A stretch of DNA of 62,580 nt from Bacilli bacterium (GTDB lineage: Bacteria; Bacillota_I; Bacilli_A; RFN20; CAG-826): the NCBI GenBank assembly GCA_024408075.1, contig JAKSVK010000006.1:1-62580 (forward strand), written 5' to 3'. How positions within the stretch are numbered: the first letter of the stretch is position 1; the number at the start of each line of letters is the position of its first letter. The position numbers were made by a program, and so were the translations under genes. The notes under the pieces were generated by a model. It did not search any database, was not told where the DNA came from, and saw only the letters and a list, made by a program, of their open reading frames with translations. Shown piece by piece: positions 1 to 8,843 of this stretch.

Positions 1-550
1 TATAGGTTAATCCAACCCATTCACCATTACCGGCTCCGCCACCCCATACCCAAGCAAAAAGTACACATTCATCATCAAATACCCAGCTTGGTAAACTGGT
101 GACAGTGTAAGTTAATTCTGTAATGACTTCTGGATCTGGTCCATCAAATATCGCATAGACCACTGATTCATCTTTACTAGGAACTTTAGTTAAATATTCA
201 GGATAAACGTTATCTGTATAACTTACCCATCCTCTAAATTTAGCTCCATTGACTTTAGAAAAGACGTTTCCAGCTAAAGGAAGATCACCATTAGGTTCGC
301 TTTCCCAAACAATGACGTTTTCATAAAATTTTTCTTCATAATCTTTGCCGTATACATTTTGTCCGTTAACAGTTAAATATCCGTATTTAGACATCATTAA
401 GAAAGTTTTATGAGTAGCAAGCTCATTTGTTCTCACCATTGGTAAATCATTATATGAAGTAAATTCATAACTAGGTGAAACTGTCTTACTAGTAGCATTA
501 CATCCCACTAAGGAAATAAATGGAAGAATCAATAAATATTTCTTTTTCAT
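1..550 (-). CDS. Lipoprotein with probable starch-binding (CBM26/CBM25-like) module; 3' end runs off the window
   Basis: Not in the ORF track; hand translation from ATG at 550 (GGAG RBS just after the amylase stop) gives MKKKYLLILPFISLVGC (lipobox) ... LPSWVFDDECVLFAWVWGGGAGNGEW, open to the window edge. The W..D...FAWVW pattern resembles starch-binding CBMs. Confidence 0.7.
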   Translation of the reverse strand, partial: MKKKYLLILPFISLVGCNATSKTVSPSYEFTSYNDLPMVRTNELATHKTFLMMSKYGYLTVNGQNVYGKDYEEKFYENVIVWESEPNGDLPLAGNVFSKVNGAKFRGWVSYTDNVYPEYLTKVPSKDESVVYAIFDGPDPEVITELTYTVTSLPSWVFDDECVLFAWVWGGGAGNGEWVGLTY

Positions 551-560
551 AATCTTTCTC

Positions 561-3500
561 CTATCCCTTAATAACGACGAAGCCATAAGCAGGAATACTG
601 TCCATACTTGCTCCCGCACTTCCACCAAGAATTCCAGATCCTTTTTGTTCACCTGGAACACTTACTGCAAAGGCTGAGTTATTAACTAAAACTCTTACTG
701 TATGAGAAGAATCTTGGATTTCAAAAGCAGCAGTATTATTAGCTCCACCAATTGATCCACCCCAGTTGATATATCCATAAGTTGGGTATTCAGCTAAATT
801 TTTGATACGACATAATTCTTTAAATAAGTTATAGAAGCTTCCAGAATCAGCTATTTGTTCTGGAGCTGATTTAACAGTTTGGTTATATAAATCCCATCTA
901 AGTTCAATTCCACTTACAACAATATATAAAGGAACTTGATCTTGTCCTTGAACATTGCCCCATTTCATTGGTTGACGATACCATCTATCAACGTTATTTC
1001 CATGGTCATCCACAAGTCTTCCACTAGAATCGATAACCTTGTCTTGAGTATTACCGCTCATTCCAAGTTCATCTCCGTAGTATATCCAGCTAACGCCAGG
1101 AGTGAGCATTGTGACAGTAGCAAAATAGCGAGCACGTTTTCTTGCTGCTTCAGCATTAGAGCCACTCTTTCCATCTGGAATAATTTCCTCGCTTTGACTT
1201 GTAGCACTTCCTGCAGCGTGATTTAACATACGAGCAAGGTCGTGGTTAGAAGTAAAAGCACCATTAATTTGGTTAGGTCTTTCAGCATGGTTATAGTTAA
1301 GTGTGGCTTGAATATCACTTCCAATTCCAGCTTCGCTTACTTCGTTAAGATGGAAATAAGTTGAGAAGTCAAATTGAGAATCCATTGATTGATAGAAAGG
1401 AGCAATACGCTTATTCCATCCATCAAAGTTTTCGCCAACGAAATATGCATTTGGATAAGCAGATTTAACTGTTCCACAGAATTGTTTCCAGAAAATAACA
1501 TTTAAATCGCAGTCATAAGAATAGTCATTTTTAAGATCAACATATTCTTGCATTTGTTCATCCCAAACATGTCTTCTCCAAGTTGCGTCATATGTAATTG
1601 TGTCATTTTTATAAGTTGCTGCAGTAGTTGGATCAAGTTCACTTAATAAGTAAATATGTTTAATAGCATCAAGTCTAAATCCATCAAGTCCAAAGCTTAA
1701 CCAATATTTACAAACATCAGCCATATAATCTCTAGTAGCTTGGCAAGAATAGTTAAGTTCAGCCATTCCACTACCGAATTTACCATAATAGTAGTAATTA
1801 CTTTCACCGTATTGATACCAGTCAGTTGCTTCTTCAACAGGGACGTTTTCATAAACCGCTTCAGTATTTGGCTCTAAATCCTTTCCACCATTTCCATCCC
1901 ACTGTCTGACCATATCTCCTTTAAATTTCCAGAGGTACATGTCACGATAATGAATTTCTTTTCCGTTAATTACTTCCACTTCTGCTCTTTGAGATTTTTG
2001 GAAGATTACATTACTTAAGGAAGTATGGTTAATAACTAAGTCCATTAATACCTTCATTCCTTTTTTATGCGCTTTATACATCAATTCTTGATAATCTTCT
2101 AGCGTTCCAAAATCTTCACCAATCTTATAGTAATCAGTGACATCATATCCGTGATAGCTAGAACATTCTTGAATTGGAGTAAGCCAAAGAACTTTGACTC
2201 CTAAATCATCTAAATAATCAAGTTTATTAATAATACCTCTAATATCACCAGTTCCATCTCCGTTGCTATCAGCGAAAGAAGAAACAAAGATTTGATATCC
2301 TGTGCCTGGTTCATCAGCTAAGAATGATTCGCTAGTAGGTACACCTTTTTTGAAATCATCAGCCTTGAGATTTTGAATATCGTTTTGGCTTCTATATTGT
2401 CCAGTTGTATCCTTAATGGTTGGGTTAGGTTTTACACTTCCTCCAGTTGAGGTAGTAAAATCAAGCACTGAACCAGAAACACAATAAACATGTAAATATG
2501 AATCTCTTCCGTTTGGGAATAGTTGATCAAGTTTTTTAATATAAGCTTCAGTTCCGCCATCGCTCTTCCAGTGGCTTCCTCCACCCATTAATGTTTGGTT
2601 AACAATTAAGAAACCAATTCTGCCTTTATCTAAGTTATCCCAATCATCAATAATAGGAGAAGGTGTTTTATCTCTTCCTTCAATAATATTTGGGTTAGTT
2701 AAATCAATATCACAAATTTGTCCGTGTGCATCAGTATATGTTCCTACACCAGTTTTTCCAACATCACTAAAGCTCATCCAAGAAGTACTCATTGGTGTTA
2801 TGCTAGCAGGGCACTGGGTGGCTCCCCATAAACTGCCTTCAAGATGTTTAGGTTTAAATTGCCACATCCAAACTGCCCAAGGAGAATAATCTCCATCATT
2901 TCTTAAATAGTGTAAATATAAGTGACCTGGTTTACTCCAAGCAGCAATTTCTTCTTCATAGTCGCTTCCGCCACTTTCTTTAGTAACAACAACATTACAA
3001 GTAGCAGTATCACTTTCTTCGTTTAAAGTAGCTATAACACTAATAACAGCATTACCAACACCACAGGCAGTAACAAGTCCGTTAGAATCAACAGTTGCTA
3101 CTGATTGATTGTTACTTTCCCATACTAATGTTGCACCAATTTTATTTGTTTGTGCATTTAGTTGAGAAGTTTGACCTTCTTTTAAATTTAAAGAGGAATT
3201 ATTTAAAGTTACTTCTAGAGGATCAGTCACGCTTGATTTACTTGCAGTTAGATAGCAATATCCGGTTTTTCCTCCGACAGTTGCGCTAATTGTTGTAGTG
3301 CCTTCACCATAAACTGTAACATTTGCAGTTAAACCGTTTCCTTCAACTGATGCAACGGCTGAGTTACTTGATTGATAAGTTACTTTTCGATCACTAGCGT
3401 TTGATGGATTAATAGTTGTTGTAATAGTAAATGTTTGTGGTTCATCTCCCATTAATCGTACCGTCTTTTCACTAGGAGAAAGAGAAACCGAACTAACAGG

Positions 3501-3890
3501 TACATTACCAGAACCTGATTTTGTTACATTAACATAGCAAAGAGAAAATTTATTGCCTGCTTTAACAGCAACAGTTGCACTACCTATATCAAGCGCTCTA
3601 ACACGAGCTTTGAATTGGTCATCTTCATTAGGTGTAACAGAAATGACTGTTTGTGAGCCCCCAATGCTCCAAGTTAATTCTGGAGTCAAATCTTCTTCGT
3701 CCCATTTTACAATAGCGCTAATATCTGTAGTGTCACCGACCTTCATATTAAGTTGTGAAGGATTGACTACAACTTGAGTGACTTTGCAAGGATCTTCAGC
3801 ATTGCTGATTGGAACAAATTCCTTGCCTTCACACGCGCATAAAGAAAAAGCGACTAAAGATAACAATAAAAATTTTATCTTACTTTTCAT
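561..3890 (-). CDS. Surface alpha-amylase (GH13) lipoprotein with three Ig-like (Big_2) repeats and a CBM41/pullulanase-associated-like module
   Basis: Lipobox LCAC; three ~85-aa Ig-like repeats (WESNNQSVATVDSNGLVTA); HLYLHYLRNDGDYSPWAVWMW; GH13 motifs FADSNGDGTGD, DLVINHTS, GFRLDAIKH, VGENFD, FTSNHD, IYYGDELG. Confidence 0.9.
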   Translation of the reverse strand: MKSKIKFLLLSLVAFSLCACEGKEFVPISNAEDPCKVTQVVVNPSQLNMKVGDTTDISAIVKWDEEDLTPELTWSIGGSQTVISVTPNEDDQFKARVRALDIGSATVAVKAGNKFSLCYVNVTKSGSGNVPVSSVSLSPSEKTVRLMGDEPQTFTITTTINPSNASDRKVTYQSSNSAVASVEGNGLTANVTVYGEGTTTISATVGGKTGYCYLTASKSSVTDPLEVTLNNSSLNLKEGQTSQLNAQTNKIGATLVWESNNQSVATVDSNGLVTACGVGNAVISVIATLNEESDTATCNVVVTKESGGSDYEEEIAAWSKPGHLYLHYLRNDGDYSPWAVWMWQFKPKHLEGSLWGATQCPASITPMSTSWMSFSDVGKTGVGTYTDAHGQICDIDLTNPNIIEGRDKTPSPIIDDWDNLDKGRIGFLIVNQTLMGGGSHWKSDGGTEAYIKKLDQLFPNGRDSYLHVYCVSGSVLDFTTSTGGSVKPNPTIKDTTGQYRSQNDIQNLKADDFKKGVPTSESFLADEPGTGYQIFVSSFADSNGDGTGDIRGIINKLDYLDDLGVKVLWLTPIQECSSYHGYDVTDYYKIGEDFGTLEDYQELMYKAHKKGMKVLMDLVINHTSLSNVIFQKSQRAEVEVINGKEIHYRDMYLWKFKGDMVRQWDGNGGKDLEPNTEAVYENVPVEEATDWYQYGESNYYYYGKFGSGMAELNYSCQATRDYMADVCKYWLSFGLDGFRLDAIKHIYLLSELDPTTAATYKNDTITYDATWRRHVWDEQMQEYVDLKNDYSYDCDLNVIFWKQFCGTVKSAYPNAYFVGENFDGWNKRIAPFYQSMDSQFDFSTYFHLNEVSEAGIGSDIQATLNYNHAERPNQINGAFTSNHDLARMLNHAAGSATSQSEEIIPDGKSGSNAEAARKRARYFATVTMLTPGVSWIYYGDELGMSGNTQDKVIDSSGRLVDDHGNNVDRWYRQPMKWGNVQGQDQVPLYIVVSGIELRWDLYNQTVKSAPEQIADSGSFYNLFKELCRIKNLAEYPTYGYINWGGSIGGANNTAAFEIQDSSHTVRVLVNNSAFAVSVPGEQKGSGILGGSAGASMDSIPAYGFVVIKG

Positions 3891-3919
3891 ACGATGTTTT
3901 CCTCTTTGTTTATACTTAA

Positions 3920-3948
3920 AGTATAAGGAGCAAAAGCAATATTTACAA
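3920..3948 (-). promoter_or_regulatory. Putative sigma-A promoter of the amylase gene
   Basis: Minus strand reads TTGTAA-17 nt-TATACT, ~30 nt upstream of the ATG; -10 overlapped by palindrome TTATACTT-A-AAGTATAA (3910-3926). Confidence 0.55.
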
Positions 3949-3961
3949 TAAATATATTTAT

Positions 3962-4624
3962 TTATTCGCTAAAATTTTTAACAACAATATCTTGAGTAAT
4001 GCTGTTTATTCCATTACGCATATATACGTGGTTTGAATCTAACATTCCAAGTCTATTGACTTTTAAAAGCTGATATTGTTCTGAATTATTTTTACTATCT
4101 ACTGTGCGGTATTCCATGATGTATAAGTCATCTTTTATTGTGACTAGATCTTGTAATTTCGCACATGTATCAATCACATAATCTCCGTAATACATTCCTC
4201 TAGAATGATATGTATCTTCCACTATTTCTTTATAGAAAAATTTGGTCACTAATAGCTCATATTTTTCCATTGAAGAAGGAGAAATTTCTCCATTTAATTC
4301 ATAATAAAATTCCCCATCTTTTTTATAGCATTTTTCTTCATTTTGACTAACTAATTCCTCTTCTTCGTAGAGGAAATTTTCTTTTATATAAGACAAATTT
4401 TCTTCATCTGTAGAGTCAAAATATACTCGTTCTAGCTCTCTTGTATATACCCCGTTTATATTAGATTCTTTTGAGTCATTATATTCTGCGCGTCTATACG
4501 TTAAAAAGCTCTCTTGTAAGGAAAAAGAAGAGACGAACTCTTCTATGTCTTTTCTAATTTGTGTTTGTTTACATCCTACTAAAAGAGGAAGTGTTAATAA
4601 AAGTAGAACAAATTTCCTTTTCAT
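3962..4624 (-). CDS. Hypothetical lipoprotein
   Basis: 220-aa ORF, signal MKRKFVLLLLTLPLLVGC; start overlaps the upstream stop by 1 nt. Confidence 0.75.
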   Translation of the reverse strand: MKRKFVLLLLTLPLLVGCKQTQIRKDIEEFVSSFSLQESFLTYRRAEYNDSKESNINGVYTRELERVYFDSTDEENLSYIKENFLYEEEELVSQNEEKCYKKDGEFYYELNGEISPSSMEKYELLVTKFFYKEIVEDTYHSRGMYYGDYVIDTCAKLQDLVTIKDDLYIMEYRTVDSKNNSEQYQLLKVNRLGMLDSNHVYMRNGINSITQDIVVKNFSE

Positions 4625-5412
4625 TATGAAAATTTGTAGAAATAATTTGCTTTCATTGCTACTTGAGTAGCAATTGAAGCATCAAAATCATAATCAATAG
4701 TTTCAAGTGATTCGCTAATTAGCCATCCATCTTTGTCATAGACAAATTCAATATTAAATTTTCCATCAACGAAGTTTTGATAACATGGAAGAGGGGCATA
4801 ATCAAAGTCCCAAACATCTGGTCCAAACATCTCTGGATGAGCAACTGGATCAGGATATGCAGGATAATTATCAAATCTTATTTTAGAGTGAACTTTATTG
4901 CCTCCAATAGCAAATCCACCATTATCAAGAACTTTGTAATATGAGAAAGAACTTGATGGGTTATTTGGTATTCCATCATCCATCCATGAAGTAATAATAT
5001 GGGTTAAATTATAGAATGCACACGAACTATTTACTGTGCCATTATCAAGAAGAGCATAGAAGTTAGTATTATCTATCTTTAAAGGTGCTCTTAACCAATA
5101 AGAACGAGATGCCATCTGATAAATAATGGTATCTTCTTCATCTAAGTCTTCGATAGATTCAACATAAAATCCTGGATAATATCTTGAATATGGAACGAAT
5201 GTCTCACCTTTAGGTTGCTTATCAAAAGTAGCATCTACGGTGATATATTCATTATTAAAATCTAAGCTTCCTACTACCCTATAATAAGGAGAAGAAGAGG
5301 ATTTAGAGATATTTAAAATATGATCATAAAGGACGTTAAAAGAAACACCTTTGTCTCCACAAGAGACAAGTGCTAATGGTACTAAAAGTAATAAGAGTCC
5401 TCTTTTTTTCAT
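4624..5412 (-). CDS. Hypothetical lipoprotein, aromatic-rich
   Basis: Likely start at 5412 (MKKRGLLLLLVPLALVSC lipobox), 1 nt after the malK stop. Confidence 0.75.
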   Translation of the reverse strand: MKKRGLLLLLVPLALVSCGDKGVSFNVLYDHILNISKSSSSPYYRVVGSLDFNNEYITVDATFDKQPKGETFVPYSRYYPGFYVESIEDLDEEDTIIYQMASRSYWLRAPLKIDNTNFYALLDNGTVNSSCAFYNLTHIITSWMDDGIPNNPSSSFSYYKVLDNGGFAIGGNKVHSKIRFDNYPAYPDPVAHPEMFGPDVWDFDYAPLPCYQNFVDGKFNIEFVYDKDGWLISESLETIDYDFDASIATQVAMKANYFYKFS

Positions 5413-5413
5413 A

Positions 5414-7963
5414 TTAATATAACCTAATATTGAGTTCCTTTTCGTAGATTTCGCTTTCTTCAAGCTTAAATTTAAGTTTTAAGGTTTCACCAATTTTCAT
5501 TTCTCTAGTCTTATCAATATAGATAACTGTCTTTTGGCCAAATACTTCACCTACTGCTTTATAAAGTTTAACGTCACCATAGTTAACAAATGATGTGACT
5601 TTAAAGTCTACTCCATCAGGACTTTCAACGTATCCAGCGTGTGACATTGCCACTCTAAAGACTTTAGTAAAGACTTTATTTCCAAGTCCTTGAATAATCT
5701 TTTCAGTGATGAAATCAGGGATAATTTGATATGTTTCGTTGTATTTAAAGAAGAATAAGAGTTTAGCATGCAAGATATCGTCATTATATTTCTTTTCGAT
5801 ATCTTTTGCTTTTTGAGCATATTCTTTTTCAACAAAAGAAACTGGGTTAGCAGTTTTTGCTAAAAGTAAGTTATTTTGTTTAATCTTATCTTTAATAAAT
5901 GATTTAGTTTGTGAATGTTTTGCATTAACTGCATTTAAGTCAGTTTCTTTATCAAATTCTAAAGAATTGACTTTTCTTTCCATATCACTAGATTTCATTA
6001 AAGGTAGGTTTTCTTTAAATATTGAGAAAGATACTCTTCTTGCTCTACGAGATTCTGGATCTTTATTTTTCTCCATACACTGTTTATAGTCGGCGTATTC
6101 TTTCTCTTTCATCTCCTTATACTGTTGATTGACTTTAGCAATTTCAACTTTTCTAAGTTCAGCATGCTTTTTCTTAAGCATTGCTTTATTTTCATGATAT
6201 TCTTTAGTTTCTTTAGAAAGTTCTATTTTAAGTTCAGCATTTTCTTTATTAAGCTTTGCACTTAAATCAGCTACTTCGCCTTTATTACCGCTTTGTTTTT
6301 CTTTTGCTTTAGCAATTTCATCGGCTTTTTCTTTTTCGAAGTCTTCTCTAACTTTCTTATATTTTTCTTCAACTGCTGCAACACGTTCATCTTGGAGTTT
6401 CATAAGTTCATTATTTTGTGTTGCATCATAAGCTGTATGTAAATTAACAAATGTTGCTTCAACATCATCTCTAAATGGAAGAGGTGAAGCAATAACATTT
6501 TCTTTATCATCTTTAAATGTAGCTTGTGAATAATCGATTGATAAGTTTAGTTCATCACCTTTTTTCACTTGTTCGTCGACAAAAATATACATTTTCTTAT
6601 CATTAGCAGTAACTAATGCAATATTTTGTCCTCTTTGAACTTCAGTAGAAAGAACTTTAACTTTAATTTTTCCTTCCCCTACTTTAATTGCATTAAGTGG
6701 AATTGAAATAGTTCCATCTTTAACGTAATCAACATTAATTGCTTCTGGTTTAGGCTCTAATCCGAATAAATCCATCTTTTCGTTTTCCACATTAATTGAT
6801 AAGACGTTATGATCTGGAACTAAAGGAATAATAGTCATTTCAGTTTCAGCATCAAATAGATGGATATTTTCTACTTTAATCTTAGCTTTAATCACATCTC
6901 CTGGAACATGTCCAAGTTTTGAAGAAGCTTTAATAATAACTGAAGTCTTAGATTCATTTCCAAGTCCTTCAACTTCTTTTAAATCACCATAAATTAAGGT
7001 TTCGTTACCAAGTTCTTCAAAGTGAGAAATAACAACATCTACGACATTATCTCCGCTTACATCTTCTTCTGCGCTAATTTGTTCGCATCTGAAGCCTAAG
7101 ATAATGTCTTTATCTCCTTTAAGGAAACGTTTTTCACATTTAAGTACTTGATCAGGAGAAAGAACAAGTGGTTTTTGTTCACAGTCTTTCCAAGAAACAA
7201 GAACTTTATCTTTTTCTTCTTTTAAAGTCACATTAAAGAAATTCATTTGAGGAGTTCCAATAAATCCTGCAACGAATTTATTTACTGGGTGATCATATAA
7301 CGCTTGTGGAGAATCAATTTGTTGGACTCTTCCAAGTTTCATAACAACAACACGAGTACCAAGCGTCATAGCTTCGACTTGGTCGTGAGTAACATAAATA
7401 AATGTAGTTTTCAGTTGTTGATGGAGTTTTGAGATTTCGCTTCTCATTTGGCTTCTAAGTTTAGCATCAAGGTTACTTAAAGGTTCATCAAGAAGCATAA
7501 CTTTAGGATTTCTTAAAATTGCTCTTCCTAAAGAAACACGTTGTCTTTGTCCACCAGACATAGCTTTTGGCTTACGGTCAAGGTATTCAGTTAAACCAAG
7601 GACATTAGCAGCCCACATAACTTTTTTATGAATTTCTGTTCTTGGAACTTTTCTTAAAGTTAATCCAAAAGCCATATTTTCATAAACTGTCATATGAGGA
7701 TAAAGTGCATAGTTTTGGAAAACCATGGCGATATCTCTTTCTTTTGGAGGCATATCATTAACTAATGAATCACCAATATAAAGTTCACCAGAAGAAATAT
7801 CTTCTAGACCTGCAATCATTCTTAATGTAGTAGATTTACCACATCCAGATGGACCGACGAAAACGATAAATTCGCCATCTTTAATATCAATGTTAAAGTC
7901 ACTAACTGCTTTATGCCCGTTAGGATAAACCTTATAGATGTGTTCTAATTTAAGTGAAGCCAT
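5414..7963 (-). CDS. malK: Sugar ABC transporter ATP-binding protein (MalK/MsmK family) with long C-terminal extension
   Basis: Walker A GPSGCGKS, Q-loop VFQNYALYPH, signature MSGGQRQR, Walker B MLLDE, YVTHDQ; 849 aa versus ~370 typical. Confidence 0.9.
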   Translation of the reverse strand: MASLKLEHIYKVYPNGHKAVSDFNIDIKDGEFIVFVGPSGCGKSTTLRMIAGLEDISSGELYIGDSLVNDMPPKERDIAMVFQNYALYPHMTVYENMAFGLTLRKVPRTEIHKKVMWAANVLGLTEYLDRKPKAMSGGQRQRVSLGRAILRNPKVMLLDEPLSNLDAKLRSQMRSEISKLHQQLKTTFIYVTHDQVEAMTLGTRVVVMKLGRVQQIDSPQALYDHPVNKFVAGFIGTPQMNFFNVTLKEEKDKVLVSWKDCEQKPLVLSPDQVLKCEKRFLKGDKDIILGFRCEQISAEEDVSGDNVVDVVISHFEELGNETLIYGDLKEVEGLGNESKTSVIIKASSKLGHVPGDVIKAKIKVENIHLFDAETEMTIIPLVPDHNVLSINVENEKMDLFGLEPKPEAINVDYVKDGTISIPLNAIKVGEGKIKVKVLSTEVQRGQNIALVTANDKKMYIFVDEQVKKGDELNLSIDYSQATFKDDKENVIASPLPFRDDVEATFVNLHTAYDATQNNELMKLQDERVAAVEEKYKKVREDFEKEKADEIAKAKEKQSGNKGEVADLSAKLNKENAELKIELSKETKEYHENKAMLKKKHAELRKVEIAKVNQQYKEMKEKEYADYKQCMEKNKDPESRRARRVSFSIFKENLPLMKSSDMERKVNSLEFDKETDLNAVNAKHSQTKSFIKDKIKQNNLLLAKTANPVSFVEKEYAQKAKDIEKKYNDDILHAKLLFFFKYNETYQIIPDFITEKIIQGLGNKVFTKVFRVAMSHAGYVESPDGVDFKVTSFVNYGDVKLYKAVGEVFGQKTVIYIDKTREMKIGETLKLKFKLEESEIYEKELNIRLY

Positions 7964-7975
7964 AGCTTTTCCTCC

Positions 7976-8842
7976 TTAACCCTTAACTGCGCCACCGGCA
8001 ATACCTTCAACGTAATAACGTTGTAGCCAGAAGAATAAGGCAGTAATAGGAATAGAAACCATTACCGCACCGGCGCAGAATAAGCCATATTCAAGATTAC
8101 CAGCTTTCGTGGTAAGTAATTGAAGACCAACAGCAACTGTCCAACCTGAAGCTGGAATACTTCCTGCAGTAACGATGTATCGCCCAAACATGAAGTCGCC
8201 CCAAGGGCCAGTAAAACTAACTAAGATTGTATAAATAATAATAGGTTTAGAAAGTGGAAGAATAACTTTCCAGAAAACTGTGTTTTTAGTTCCTCCATCA
8301 ATTAAAACAGCTTCATCAAGAGATTTACTTACAGTATCGAAGAATCCTTTTGCGATATAGTAACTCATCGCACTTGATGCAACATAAACAAGAATTAACG
8401 AGAATATTGAGGTATTTAATCCTAATAATTCCAAAATATAGAATATAACTAACATTCCAAGGAATCCTGGGAACATACCAAGAATTAACATTAATTTCAT
8501 TAAGCCTTGTCTACCATTAAATTTAAGTCTAGATAAAGCATATGCAGTCATTAAGACAAATACGGTTTGAAGTAATGAAGTAAATACTGCAATGATAAAT
8601 GTGTTTAGCCACCATTTTAAGAATGGATAAGCATCATTTGTAAACAAATTAATATAATTATCAAAAGTCCAGTTTCCAGCTCCTGGGAAGAAGTTTTTAC
8701 TAACTGGAACTTTAAATAATGATTGGAAAATTAAATAAACGAACGGGAATAACCAAATAACTGATACAACTATTAAAATAGCATAGATAATTCCACGTTG
8801 AGTTTTTTCAATTGCACGTCTTGATCCAGGTCTATTTGCCAT
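7976..8842 (-). CDS. malG: Maltose/maltodextrin ABC permease (MalG/MalD type)
   Basis: Multiple TM helices, EAA-like loop SLDEAVLIDGG, C-terminal LQRYYVEGIAGGAVKG; likely start at 8842. Confidence 0.88.
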   Translation of the reverse strand: MANRPGSRRAIEKTQRGIIYAILIVVSVIWLFPFVYLIFQSLFKVPVSKNFFPGAGNWTFDNYINLFTNDAYPFLKWWLNTFIIAVFTSLLQTVFVLMTAYALSRLKFNGRQGLMKLMLILGMFPGFLGMLVIFYILELLGLNTSIFSLILVYVASSAMSYYIAKGFFDTVSKSLDEAVLIDGGTKNTVFWKVILPLSKPIIIYTILVSFTGPWGDFMFGRYIVTAGSIPASGWTVAVGLQLLTTKAGNLEYGLFCAGAVMVSIPITALFFWLQRYYVEGIAGGAVKG

Positions 8843-8843
8843 A

